Below are positions 16,574 through 25,386 of a DNA stretch of 64,000 bases, one piece after another. The position numbers and the translations under genes were made by a program. This DNA comes from an uncultured Acidobacteriota bacterium (GTDB lineage: Bacteria > Acidobacteriota > Terriglobia > Acidiferrales > UBA7541). Under the pieces are notes generated by a model that searched no databases, was not told the origin of the DNA, and saw only the letters and a program-made list of their open reading frames with translations. The DNA is taken from positions 44,561 through 108,560 of the forward strand of contig CAWEYA010000019.1 in assembly GCA_963813185.1 (NCBI GenBank), written 5' to 3'. Each line of letters opens with the position of its first letter. Within the stretch, counting starts at the first letter, position 1.

Positions 16574-16799
16574 TTCGTGAATCGTGATTCGTGAAGGCGG
16601 AAAATATCTGTGGTCGATTTTCGCCGGTCTACACATTCATCGCGAAACAGAAGTGGCTTCGAGTCAAGTGGTGTAAGCCCCAGTCTGTGGGTGTGTGACC
16701 TTGCAGAGACTGAAACGTACAGGCTGAAGCCTGCGCCAATCAAGCCGCGAATTCAGCGGCTCATTCCACGAATTACGATTCACGAATCACAAATTACGA
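16570..16799. repeat. Inverted heptamer-array pair (GTGAnnn 16570-16594, nnnTCAC 16764-16799) enclosing a REP-like unit
   Basis: gtgattcgtgaatcgtgattcgtga ... ttccacgaattacgattcacgaatcacaaattacg. Confidence 0.85.
16667..16739. repeat. Degenerate short REP-like double hairpin
   Basis: agtggtgtaagccccagtctgtgggt ... acgtacaggctgaagcctgcgccaat. Confidence 0.5.
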
Positions 16800-16808
16800 G
16801 GTCTCCTC

Positions 16809-17534
16809 ATGCCAGTCGTCGGAACAACGGCTTACAACACAGCGGGGCAGATCACGGCGCTGGTGCGCTCGCTCTTGAATGACGCCGCCGGAAATCTTTT
16901 TACCGATGCGGTGCTGCTGCCGTACGTGAACTCGGCGTACCGCAAGGCGCAGCGCGCGCTAGCCAACGTGCAGTCGGGCAGCTTCCTGAGCGACGACGTT
17001 TTGCTGGTTGTGCCGGCCGTAACCGTGGTGGACGCCTCGGCGCAAGTTTCGATCACGGACGCGACGGCGCCGCCGAATCAATTGCCGCCGGACCTGCTCG
17101 TGCCCGTGAAATTGTGGGAGCGCGCCAACCTCAGTTCCAACGATTTCATCGAGATGACAGACCTCACCGGCCACGATGGCCTGCCGTCGGAGCCACAGGC
17201 GCTGACGCTGCGTTTCTGGGAATGGCGCGCGGACGGTTTGTATTTTCTCGGCGCCACGCGCGACACGCAAATTCGTTTGCGCTATCAAAAATCCTATCCC
17301 GACCTGTCCGATGCCACCAGCCCCGTGCTGATCCGCAACGCGCAGGAAGCGCTGGCCTACGCCGCCGCCGCGATGGCCGGCGCCGCCCGCGGCGCCCCGC
17401 AAGCCGAGCGCTGGGACATCGCCGCGAGCGACGCCCTCGAAGACCTGGTCGTGCGCGCCACGCAGCGCGAGCAGCAAACCGGCCGCCGGCGCAGGCCGTA
17501 TTCCGCCCGCGCAGGGTTCGCGCCGCTGATCTGA
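16809..17534 (+). CDS. Virion structural protein, possibly an adaptor or tail-tubular-A-like protein
   Basis: 241-aa intact ORF immediately upstream (apart from a moron island) of the nozzle-like gene. The assignment is by position and size only. Confidence 0.35.
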   Translation: MPVVGTTAYNTAGQITALVRSLLNDAAGNLFTDAVLLPYVNSAYRKAQRALANVQSGSFLSDDVLLVVPAVTVVDASAQVSITDATAPPNQLPPDLLVPVKLWERANLSSNDFIEMTDLTGHDGLPSEPQALTLRFWEWRADGLYFLGATRDTQIRLRYQKSYPDLSDATSPVLIRNAQEALAYAAAAMAGAARGAPQAERWDIAASDALEDLVVRATQREQQTGRRRRPYSARAGFAPLI

Positions 17535-17683
17535 ACCAAATTTGAACCATGAACTCGGTCCAGGGTTTGCGGCATCTCATAGATAAGCTGGAGGTTATTT
17601 GGCGGGTACATAAGGAAAAAATAATAACTGGGGCAGCTCTTGTGTTCATTTATACTAAACATTATTCCGCACGGAGCCAGACA

Positions 17684-17944
17684 ATGCCCGATTTAGACAA
17701 GGATATCAGCGCTTACGAAGCACGGCGTCAAGAGCTCGAAACCCGGCATATGGGTAAATGGGTTGTCTTTTATGGCGCTGAAATGGTGAGTTTGTATGAC
17801 TCCTTTGAAATGGCTGCTGAGGATGCAGTACGCCGATTCGGGCGTGGCCCTTACCTTATCCGGCAAGTAGGTGCCCCTCCGATTACGTTGCCAGCTTCCG
17901 TGATGTATTCACCTACGCATGCCACAAACAAAGTGCGGTTTTGA
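17684..17944 (+). CDS. Small hypothetical protein in a low-GC island, partner of the protease gene
   Basis: ATG at 17684 with GGAG upstream. 86 aa, MPDLDKDISAYEARRQELETRHMGKWVVFYGAEMV... It overlaps the start of the next gene. Confidence 0.55.
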   Translation: MPDLDKDISAYEARRQELETRHMGKWVVFYGAEMVSLYDSFEMAAEDAVRRFGRGPYLIRQVGAPPITLPASVMYSPTHATNKVRF

Positions 17945-18365
17945 CAATACGCCGGGAGCCTCCGGGAGCGATCTTTTAGTAGCGTGGGGGCCCACTTTGA
18001 TTGTCAACGTGGGGTTTGACCCCAATTTCAAGGGTCCTCCTGGGATACCTGTTTCCGGGATAACTGATATACACGCTTTGGTGGACACAGGCGCGACCGA
18101 GTGTGGCATGACAGCCTACTTGCGTCTCAGTTGGGGCTTCCACAGTTGATAGACACTCAATACTGGCGTGCAAGGACCAAATGCAAAGTGCATTTGGCGC
18201 AGGGTTTGTGCCTCCCTGAATTTTACAATGTACGGTGCCTTTGCTGCTGTTGACCTAGCAGCTGGGGGACAAGCGCATCAAGTACTCATGGGTAGAACGT
18301 TTCTTCGTGCCTTTAAGATGACCTATGAAGGTCTTACCGGAACAGTTACAATTTCCTCGCCTTAG
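17919..18365 (+). pseudogene. Retropepsin-like (clan AA) aspartic protease with two frame switches
   Basis: ALVDTGAT catalytic motif. IDSLLASQLGLPQLIDTQ continues in another frame around 18100-18170. The C-terminal VLMGRTFLRAFKMTYEGLTGTVTI returns to the first frame. Confidence 0.6.
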
Positions 18366-18430
18366 ACTCCTAACTCTGAGCTGCTAACTGTCAAGTTCTC
18401 CTCGGCACTTGTCACAAGTTGCCAGCCATC

Positions 18431-18462
18431 CATCGCTAATCACGATTCACGAATCACAAATT
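18431..18462. repeat. nnnTCAC heptamer array ending 5 nt before start codon 18468
   Basis: catcgctaatcacgattcacgaatcacaaatt. Confidence 0.8.
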
Positions 18463-18467
18463 AACCC

Positions 18468-21155
18468 ATGAGCATCGCTGGAACCATCGACGCGCCGCTG
18501 GACTTGTTCGGCGGGCTCGTCACCGACATGGCTGCGGCCGATCTGCCGCAAGGGGTGTCGCCCGATTGCCGCGACGTCGCGTTTGTGCAGGGCGCGGTGA
18601 AAACGCGGCCCGGGCTTTTGTCGATCTATTCTCCGATCGCGGGGAATCCCACCGTCAACTATCTGAAAACTTTCACGCAGCCGAATCTGGCGAAGACGCT
18701 GCTGGCGATTGACTCGGCGGGAAAGCTGTGGGGCGAGAATTCTCCCGGCGTGTTGACGCAGATCGCCGCGGGGCTTACTGCGAATGCGGCGGCGAGTTCC
18801 ACATCGCTCTTCAGCCGCGAATATATCGCGCAGCACGACGGCAACTTCGGCGTGGACATGCCGCGCCAGTACGACGGCGCCAATCTGGATCGCGTGAGCC
18901 AGATCGGGCCGGGCGCGGGACCGGCCATGGTCGCGGACGTTATCGCCAATATTTCCGCGATTTCGCGCAGCTCGAATGTGGTCACCGTGACCACGGCAAC
19001 AGCGACGGGAATGCTCCCGACCGATCAGGTGGTCATCGCGGGCGTCACCGACACGACTTACAACGGAACTTTTCCGATCGCCTCGATCATCGATTCGCTG
19101 CATTTCACCTACGCGCAGACGGCGGCCAATTCGTCCTCGAGCGGCGGCACCGCCGCGCCGGTCGGCTCGATCAGCGCGGGCGTGCACCAGTGCGCGGTGA
19201 TTTTCGTGACGCGGCAGGGCTACTTGACGCGGCCTTCGCCGCCAACCAGTTGGACGGCGGCCGGCGGCCGCCGCGCGAACGTGACCGGCATTCCCTCGGT
19301 CGGCACGCTGCCGAATGTCGTCGCGCGCATTCTTGCTTTTACCGGCGCGGGCGGCGATTTGTTTTTCTATACGACGGGGCTGGACGGCGCGCCGCAGATG
19401 CAGGTGTTCGACAACAGCGCCTCGTCGTTTATCGTGGATTTTTCGGACACGGCGCTGCTCGCGGGCATCGAAGCGGATTCGTTGTTCAATCTCGTGGAGC
19501 TCGGCGAATGCGCCGGCGTGATCGGCTATTCGCAGCGCCTGTTCTGGTGGGGCGAACGCAACAAGCAAAATAATTGGGAGAACCTCACGTTTGACGGCGG
19601 ATTCGGCGTCGGCGGAAACAACGTGCCGCTCGGCTGGACTCCCGACGCGACGTTTTTTGCCGGCGGCAGCTTTGACACCACCGGCGAAGCGGTTTGGGGC
19701 GGCGACTACGCCATCCTCGGCGACGGCGCCACCGCGACGCGCGGGCTCATGACGCAAACCGCCGTCGCCGATTACAACGGCGTGCCGCGCCTGCAAGCGA
19801 ATACGGGCTACTCGGCGCGCGTGCGCGTGCGCATGACCGGCGTGCTGACGCAAGGCACTCTCCACGTGCACATTTACAGCGCGTCGCTGGGAATTTCAAC
19901 CCCCGGCATTTCCGTTCCTGCCGCGCAAATCACCACCAGCGCGTGGAAAGAATTCATCGCGCCGATCACTCCGGCGCTGGGCTTCGCCACGATTCCGTCC
20001 GATTTGCTGCTGCGCATCTATGCCGACGGCACGCCCACGGCGGGCGCGGGATTCCTGGTCGACAACATCGAAATTTTTCCCACCGCACAGCCGTACAACA
20101 CTTCGCTCGTGCGCGCGTCGTTCGCCGAGGATCCTGAAAGCTACGACGGCGTCAGCGGATTCATGAACGTGTCTGAAAACGACGGACAGACCGTGCGCGC
20201 CGCGTTTTTGCTGCGCGAGCGACTTTACTTCGTGAAGGACCGCTCGATCCACGTCACCGAGGACGACGGTGTGAACGAGCCCGCCTCCTGGGCAATCAAC
20301 GAAGTGTCGCGCGCCGTCGGCACGCCCTCGGTCGCCGGCGTGGATGTGGGCGAGGACTGGGCCGTAATCGCCGGCCGCGCCGGCATGTACATTTTCGACG
20401 GCGGCGAGCCCATAAAAATTTCGCAGGAAATTCAACCGCTGTGGGACAGCATCAATTGGGCCGCCGGGCAAACACTGTGGGTGCGCGTGGACACGCGCAA
20501 CAAGCGCATCCTGTGCGGCGTGCCCACGGGCGCGGCTACCTCACCGAATCTGATTTTAGTTTTGGATTATCGCAGCCTCTCCAGCGCCGGCGAAATCGAA
20601 TCGCTCGGCTCGGTCCTCTTTTCCACATTGTCGGGAAAACTCTACGCGGTAGGCCGCTCGCGCAAGTGGTGCCCGTGGACCATCGCCGCGAATTCGTGCA
20701 CGCTCGCCGAACGCTCCGACGGCACCGCGCAAGTATTTCTAGGCAACGGCGCAGGCAACGGGAAAATCTACCAGCTTTCCGACACGCAATTTTCCGACGA
20801 CGGCGCGGCCATCAATTCCTACTACACGACGTACTTTTTCCTGAGCCACGACCTCGAGCAGACCTACCAAGTCCGCGCGCACCGAAAACTTTTCGCCTAC
20901 CTCACGATGTACGCCGAAGGAGCAGGAAACTTGAACCTCTCCGCCTTCGTCGACAACGAAGCTTATCCCACAGCGCTGACGCCGCTGCCGCTGTCCTCGC
21001 CCGGCCCAAAAGATCTCGAGTTTCCAATCAATTTGCTAGGCGAACGCGTCGCTTTCCAGGTCGGCACAAACACCCCAGGCGCGTGGTTCAAGCTCGAGCG
21101 TTTCATCCCGTCACTCTTGCCGGATCCCTGGGCGCCTGTAAGAGGAGGGAATTAG
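18468..21155 (+). CDS. Large virion protein, possibly nozzle or tail-tubular-B-like
   Basis: 895-aa intact ORF. The N-terminal LFGGLVTDMAAADLPQGVSPDCRDVAF..KTRPGL resembles, from memory, the N-terminus of T7 gp12-type proteins. Not verified. Confidence 0.4.
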   Translation: MSIAGTIDAPLDLFGGLVTDMAAADLPQGVSPDCRDVAFVQGAVKTRPGLLSIYSPIAGNPTVNYLKTFTQPNLAKTLLAIDSAGKLWGENSPGVLTQIAAGLTANAAASSTSLFSREYIAQHDGNFGVDMPRQYDGANLDRVSQIGPGAGPAMVADVIANISAISRSSNVVTVTTATATGMLPTDQVVIAGVTDTTYNGTFPIASIIDSLHFTYAQTAANSSSSGGTAAPVGSISAGVHQCAVIFVTRQGYLTRPSPPTSWTAAGGRRANVTGIPSVGTLPNVVARILAFTGAGGDLFFYTTGLDGAPQMQVFDNSASSFIVDFSDTALLAGIEADSLFNLVELGECAGVIGYSQRLFWWGERNKQNNWENLTFDGGFGVGGNNVPLGWTPDATFFAGGSFDTTGEAVWGGDYAILGDGATATRGLMTQTAVADYNGVPRLQANTGYSARVRVRMTGVLTQGTLHVHIYSASLGISTPGISVPAAQITTSAWKEFIAPITPALGFATIPSDLLLRIYADGTPTAGAGFLVDNIEIFPTAQPYNTSLVRASFAEDPESYDGVSGFMNVSENDGQTVRAAFLLRERLYFVKDRSIHVTEDDGVNEPASWAINEVSRAVGTPSVAGVDVGEDWAVIAGRAGMYIFDGGEPIKISQEIQPLWDSINWAAGQTLWVRVDTRNKRILCGVPTGAATSPNLILVLDYRSLSSAGEIESLGSVLFSTLSGKLYAVGRSRKWCPWTIAANSCTLAERSDGTAQVFLGNGAGNGKIYQLSDTQFSDDGAAINSYYTTYFFLSHDLEQTYQVRAHRKLFAYLTMYAEGAGNLNLSAFVDNEAYPTALTPLPLSSPGPKDLEFPINLLGERVAFQVGTNTPGAWFKLERFIPSLLPDPWAPVRGGN

Positions 21156-21426
21156 GATTTTGTGGCACACAGCCCTGCCTGTCGGAAGGTTACAGACACA
21201 GTTTTGAAATACAAGCCGACTAGGAAAGAGAGACAATAAGACCAAGAGGACGCGAAATGGAACTTTTAAGAAGGGGCCTAAGTCATAGTAGAATAAGGAA
21301 TAATGCCTCTCGTGATTTTCCAATACTTTTCCTTGACAATCGGTAGGGTAGTAGTAGAATGGCATTGTAAGTTTGCTGGATTTTATCCAGCGCGTTCTCG
21401 GTTCCTGAGCACAATAAGGGAAAACC

Positions 21427-21452
21427 AAAGGAGCCTAGCGATAGGCTCCTTT
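21427..21452. terminator. Strong hairpin in the low-GC island, possible bidirectional terminator
   Basis: 11-bp stem aaaggagccta / taggctccttt with loop gcga. Followed by tcgttattt on the plus strand and ggttttccc on the minus strand. Confidence 0.45.
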
Positions 21453-21763
21453 CGTTATTTAGGCCACAGGAGTTCACTTTTCAGATTGCTCTTGCGTCGT
21501 TTGCATCAATAGATGTCCCGACCTTAAAGTCGAAATGGAACGTGCCGTCATACCCCATTCTGAGACTAATAGACAGCGTTTTATATTATGTGGCGCGCTG
21601 ATGGAGCGAACTGCGATAGATAGACCTCAGCATGAATCGGTTGGCGATCATTCTTTGGATGGAAATCGGCAGTCGGACGGTAGGAGAGCGAGAAGCAATC
21701 CGTGTATGGGCATATGACCGCCTCCCATTTATATCGTTCACGTCGCATTATAATTCACATCTG

Positions 21764-21912
21764 AGTGGCGCACGCTTCAGCTTGCGGGGTTTCCATCTAA
21801 TATCCACAGTGCGCATCAATTCTTACAAGCCGTCACGCGCCGACATTCCTGGCTAATCGCGCGCGGCCGGGTTCGCGGATCGACCCACAGCAAGCTAAAG
21901 CGTGTCGCCACT
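21764..21912. repeat. Type-A REPIN-like double hairpin
   Basis: agtggcgcacgcttcagcttgcggggttt ... cccacagcaagctaaagcgtgtcgccact. Confidence 0.85.
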
Positions 21913-21919
21913 TAACCCC

Positions 21920-22459
21920 ATGCTGAAAATCGGCCAACTCGCGCAGATCAAGAGCGAATCGCCCTACGTGTACGAAGCGCTGACGCAGCTTGTCAACGGC
22001 GTAAACGCCGTGGGGCGCGCCACCGGCGTCGATCCCTCGGGCTCGATCGCCGCGCCGTCGCCGATCGGCAGCCTGAACGTCACCGCCGCCGACGGAATTT
22101 TCGATCTGGCCATCACCGACAATTCCTCGCTCAACCGCGGCATTTTTTATTTCGCCGAATCCGACACCACGCCCGCGTTCAGCCAGCCCTACGTGCATTT
22201 TCTCGGCAGCTCGCGCAATTTGCGCGTGGCGCTCGGCAACCAGACGCTCTACTGGCGCGCCTATTCGCAATATCTCGGATCGGATACTTCGCAGCCGGTC
22301 ACCTTCGGCTCGCCGCCCACCGCCGTCGCGGGAGGCGGCACGGCCGCGGGCCCCGCGCTGCAGCCCTCCAGCGGCAGCGGCACCGCCTCCGGCAGCGAAG
22401 GCGGCTCCGGCTTCGGCCTGGTCGCGAAGAGCAGCAACCTCCCCGTGATTTTGCGCTAG
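21920..22459 (+). CDS. Hypothetical virion protein
   Basis: ATG at 21920 just after the repeat. 179 aa with a Gly/Ser-rich C-terminus. The ORF-track GTG at 21902 lies in the repeat. Confidence 0.55.
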   Translation: MLKIGQLAQIKSESPYVYEALTQLVNGVNAVGRATGVDPSGSIAAPSPIGSLNVTAADGIFDLAITDNSSLNRGIFYFAESDTTPAFSQPYVHFLGSSRNLRVALGNQTLYWRAYSQYLGSDTSQPVTFGSPPTAVAGGGTAAGPALQPSSGSGTASGSEGGSGFGLVAKSSNLPVILR

Positions 22460-22464
22460 GTTTA

Positions 22465-22562
22465 AGTGGCACACACTTCAGCCTGTGTGCTTTTCCGTGA
22501 GACCTTGAGAATACGCCGCCTGAAAAAAATGCAAACCCGCACAGGCTGAAGCGTGTGCCACT
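22465..22562. repeat. Type-B REPIN-like double hairpin (GTGGCACAC)
   Basis: agtggcacacacttcagcctgtgtgctttt ... aaacccgcacaggctgaagcgtgtgccact. Confidence 0.85.
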
Positions 22563-23106
22563 GGAAACCTTGCGCATCCGCGAATACACCCCGAATGATT
22601 TCGACGCGCTGCGCCGCATGCACGCCGCGCAAGGATTTGGCTACCCGTTCCCCGATCTGGACAGCCCGCTGTTCCTATCAAAATTAGTCCTGGAAGACGA
22701 ACTCGAAAATTCGCTCGACGAAAACAGGGAAGACGAGGGCAGGGAAGAAGCGCATCGCAATTCCCCGCCGCAAGCAGCCGTGGGCGCAGCCCCGCCGCTC
22801 GACTCGACGCCGCGCGATCCGGACCCGCGCAACCGCCAGCCGCGCATCGCCATGGCCGTCCTCCTGCGCCTCACCGCCGAAGCCTACCTGCTGCACGATC
22901 CCGCCGCCGGCACGCCTCGCCAGCGCTGGCAGCGCTTCCTCGCCCTGCACGAAGCCGCGCAGCGCAGCTCCGCCGCCCGCGGCCTGGACGACGTCCAAGC
23001 CTTTCTCCCCCCGCGCATAGCCCGCGCCTTCGGCCGCCGCCTCGCCCGCCTCGGCTGGACGCAAGATCCGTGGCCGTGTTTTTCAAGAATCGTGACTAGT
23101 GACTAG
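22555..23106 (+). CDS. Hypothetical protein, possibly GNAT-like with an acidic insertion
   Basis: LRIREYTPNDFDALRRMHAAQGF is a GNAT-like N-terminus. The start is uncertain because it falls in the repeat arm. The last five residues are encoded by a heptamer array. Confidence 0.35.
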   Translation: MPLETLRIREYTPNDFDALRRMHAAQGFGYPFPDLDSPLFLSKLVLEDELENSLDENREDEGREEAHRNSPPQAAVGAAPPLDSTPRDPDPRNRQPRIAMAVLLRLTAEAYLLHDPAAGTPRQRWQRFLALHEAAQRSSAARGLDDVQAFLPPRIARAFGRRLARLGWTQDPWPCFSRIVTSD

Positions 23107-23272
23107 TGACTAGTGAAAAGTGACTGGTGAAAACCGCTCTCCACAAACGTACTTCAAAGGCAAAGTGGCCATGTTTTTCATAATTTTCAAATCTCAAATT
23201 TCAATTCTCTCACCACAAATCACGACTCACGCCTTTCGTTTCACCAGTCACCAGTCACTAATCACCAGTCAC
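23092..23272. repeat. Inverted heptamer-array pair (GTGAnnn 23092-23136, nnnTCA(C/A) 23184-23272)
   Basis: gtgactagtgactagtgactagtgaaaagtgactggtgaaaacc ... ttttcaaatctcaaatttcaattctctcaccacaaatcacgactcacgcctttcgtttcaccagtcaccagtcactaatcaccagtcac. Confidence 0.9.
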
Positions 23273-23289
23273 GACATCGGAGGTGTCCC

Positions 23290-23835
23290 ATGGGACGCGG
23301 CGCACAAGCCCAAACGCAGCAAATGATCGATCAGCAACTTTCCCAGCAAAACGCCATGAACCAGCAGCTCTACGGCTCCAGCCAGGCGCTCGGCTCGCAA
23401 GCCGCGTCCGGCTACCAAAACCTGCTCGCCAATCCCGGCTACACGCCCGCGGAACAATCGGCCATCACGAATCTCTCCCAGTCGGCGCTGTCCTCCTCCT
23501 TTGACGCGCTCGCGCAAAACGCCGCCAACCGCGCCGCGCGCACGCGCAATTCCGCCGGCTACGGCGAGCTCATCGACTCCCTCGCGCGCACCCAGGGCCA
23601 GGACCAGGCCAACCTCGCGCAGCAAAATCAAATCGCCTTCGCCAACGCCGCGCGCTCCGGCACGCTCTCGGCGCTCTCCGGCCTCTCCGGCCTGTACGGC
23701 ACCGACACAGGCCTGCTCGGCCGCGCCCTCGGCGTCCCCGCGCAGCTGCTCGACGCCAGCGCCCGCAACGCCGCCTCCAGCGGCTTCAACCTGGGCTTCG
23801 GCCCCGGCGGCCTCTCCTTCGGTTTTCGGGGCTAA
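23290..23835 (+). CDS. Gln/Ala/Ser-rich virion protein (internal or ejection-type protein is possible)
   Basis: 181 aa, GGAGG upstream, low-complexity Q/A/S composition. Confidence 0.5.
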   Translation: MGRGAQAQTQQMIDQQLSQQNAMNQQLYGSSQALGSQAASGYQNLLANPGYTPAEQSAITNLSQSALSSSFDALAQNAANRAARTRNSAGYGELIDSLARTQGQDQANLAQQNQIAFANAARSGTLSALSGLSGLYGTDTGLLGRALGVPAQLLDASARNAASSGFNLGFGPGGLSFGFRG

Positions 23836-23942
23836 GTAGCACAGCCACTCTTTACTCCGAGCCCCTGCGAGGGGCTGGCTGTGCGATTTTTGCAGCTCTG
23901 AACGAAGGCGCACAGCTCCGCCGCGGCGGATGGCCGTGCTAC
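23836..23942. repeat. Type-B REPIN-like double hairpin with an expanded left-arm loop
   Basis: gtagcacagcc-[actctttactccgagcccctgcgagg]-ggctgtgcgattttt ... ggccgtgctac. It starts directly after stop 23833-23835. Confidence 0.75.
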
Positions 23943-24106
23943 TCGACTGCCTCACTTCTTCCGCGCGCTGCCTAGCCACGGGCCTGTTCTAATTTGATTG
24001 GCCGCACTGACTCATTGCGTCTCCGTAAGCGTTCTCGGCCAGCACCGGTCGGAGTCTTGAAGTCCGCGCAATCGTGCACCACACATTTGCTTTCATCCCT
24101 CTGATG

Positions 24107-24137
24107 AAAAAGCACACAGACTAAAGTCCGTGCCACT
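24107..24137. repeat. Solo right arm of a type-B unit
   Basis: aaaaagcacacagactaaagtccgtgccact, followed 19 nt later by a left arm. Confidence 0.7.
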
Positions 24138-24156
24138 CATCCCCGCGAACCTCAAA

Positions 24157-24306
24157 AGTGGAACACGCTTCAGCCTGTTTGCTTTTCCGCGCAATCTCTC
24201 ACACCGCTCCGCCCGCCATCCCGAAGTTAGCGCAAAAATGGATCGCACCAAAATTTCAGTGCGCCAATGAAAACCTCACAGACCCGCCGCAGCGGGCCTG
24301 TGCTAC
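24157..24306. repeat. Type-B REPIN-like double hairpin with unlike arms
   Basis: agtggaacacgcttcagcctgtttgctttt ... aaaacctcacagacccgccgcagcgggcctgtgctac. Confidence 0.7.
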
Positions 24307-24314
24307 CCACCCCC

Positions 24315-24557
24315 ATGAACCCCTACTGGATCGTCGTCGGCTTCTCCTCCTGCCTGCAACTCTTCTTCTTCCTCCGCTGGCTGCACCGCCGCACGCGCGA
24401 CGACGAAATTCGCCGCGCCTTCGTCCGCGACATGGCCATCAACCACCTCCCGCACCTCTATCACGCCCTGCGCCAAATCGCCGACCACCTCGGCATCCAG
24501 CTAAAAGAGCCCCCGCACGTCCAGTTCCTGGAACTCAACGGCCGCGAAAGGCCGTGA
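24315..24557 (+). CDS. Small single-pass membrane protein, candidate holin
   Basis: MNPYWIVVGFSSCLQLFFFLRWLHRR... lies directly upstream of the transglycosylase gene. Assignment is by position only. Confidence 0.4.
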   Translation: MNPYWIVVGFSSCLQLFFFLRWLHRRTRDDEIRRAFVRDMAINHLPHLYHALRQIADHLGIQLKEPPHVQFLELNGRERP

Positions 24558-24670
24558 TTCGTGACCCGTGATTCGTAACCCGTGAAAATCTGATTGTGTT
24601 GTGCGCTGTTTCAGTTCACGGATTGCGTGTCGCTAGACACGGGTCACCGGCCACGAATCACTGATCACGA
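24554..24670. repeat. Inverted heptamer-array pair (GTGAnnn 24554-24586, nnnTCAC 24615-24670)
   Basis: gtgattcgtgacccgtgattcgtaacccgtgaa ... ttcacggattgcgtgtcgctagacacgggtcaccggccacgaatcactgatcacga. Confidence 0.85.
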
Positions 24671-24674
24671 CCCC

Positions 24675-25139
24675 ATGCCTCCAGAACCCGTCCCATCCGA
24701 AATCATCGACCTCGCCCGTCACATCGCGGTCGAACACGCCCTGGACCCCGCTCTCGTCTGCGCCGTCATCGAGCAGGAATCCGCCTGGAATCCCTGGGCC
24801 GTGCGCTACGAGCCCGGATTCCTGTCGCGCTACGTCGCCCCGCTGTACACCACGGGAAAAATCAGCGCCACGGAAGCCTACACGCGCGCCATGTCCTGGG
24901 GCCTGATGCAAGTGATGGGACAAGTGGCCCGAGAATTCGGCTTCCAGGAAACGTCGCTCTCCGAACTCTGCGATCCCTCCACCGGGATCGACTTCGGCTG
25001 CCGCATCCTCGCCGCCCGCCTGGCCCGCGCCAAAGGCGACGTCCCCGCCGCCCTGCTGGCATGGAACGGCGGCGCCAACGACAACTATCCCGCCGAAGTC
25101 CTGGCCCGCAAGCGCAATTATTCCTCCCGCCCCAAGTGA
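24675..25139 (+). CDS. Lytic transglycosylase (SLT domain), likely the endolysin
   Basis: EQESAWNP catalytic Glu-Ser motif, GLMQVMG, LLAWNGGAN. Internal ATG at 24675. Confidence 0.85.
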   Translation: MPPEPVPSEIIDLARHIAVEHALDPALVCAVIEQESAWNPWAVRYEPGFLSRYVAPLYTTGKISATEAYTRAMSWGLMQVMGQVAREFGFQETSLSELCDPSTGIDFGCRILAARLARAKGDVPAALLAWNGGANDNYPAEVLARKRNYSSRPK

Positions 25140-25243
25140 GCCGCCAGAAGCCGGGCGATGCATATTTCGCCCGCTCCACCGCCATCCGAAGCCACCAGCA
25201 TTCCCGGCAGGGAAGTAGTCCCCATCGTCACCAACTTAACCCG

Positions 25244-25378
25244 CTCACGATTCCCGTATTCCCTCTCGCGAAATTTATATTCACGGATCTTCACTCCCTG
25301 ATTTCCAATCCGAAATTTCAATCTCAAATTTTAAATTTCAAATCTCCAGACTCCAACTTCCAGCTTCCAACCTCCAGC
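25244..25378. repeat. Degenerate AT-rich TCA(C/A)-type heptamer array plus CTCCA(A/G) repeats upstream of 25387
   Basis: ctcacgattcccg...attcacggatcttcactccc...aaatttcaatctcaaattttaaatttcaaatctccagactccaacttccagcttccaacctccagc. Confidence 0.6.
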
Positions 25379-25386
25379 ACACCCCG

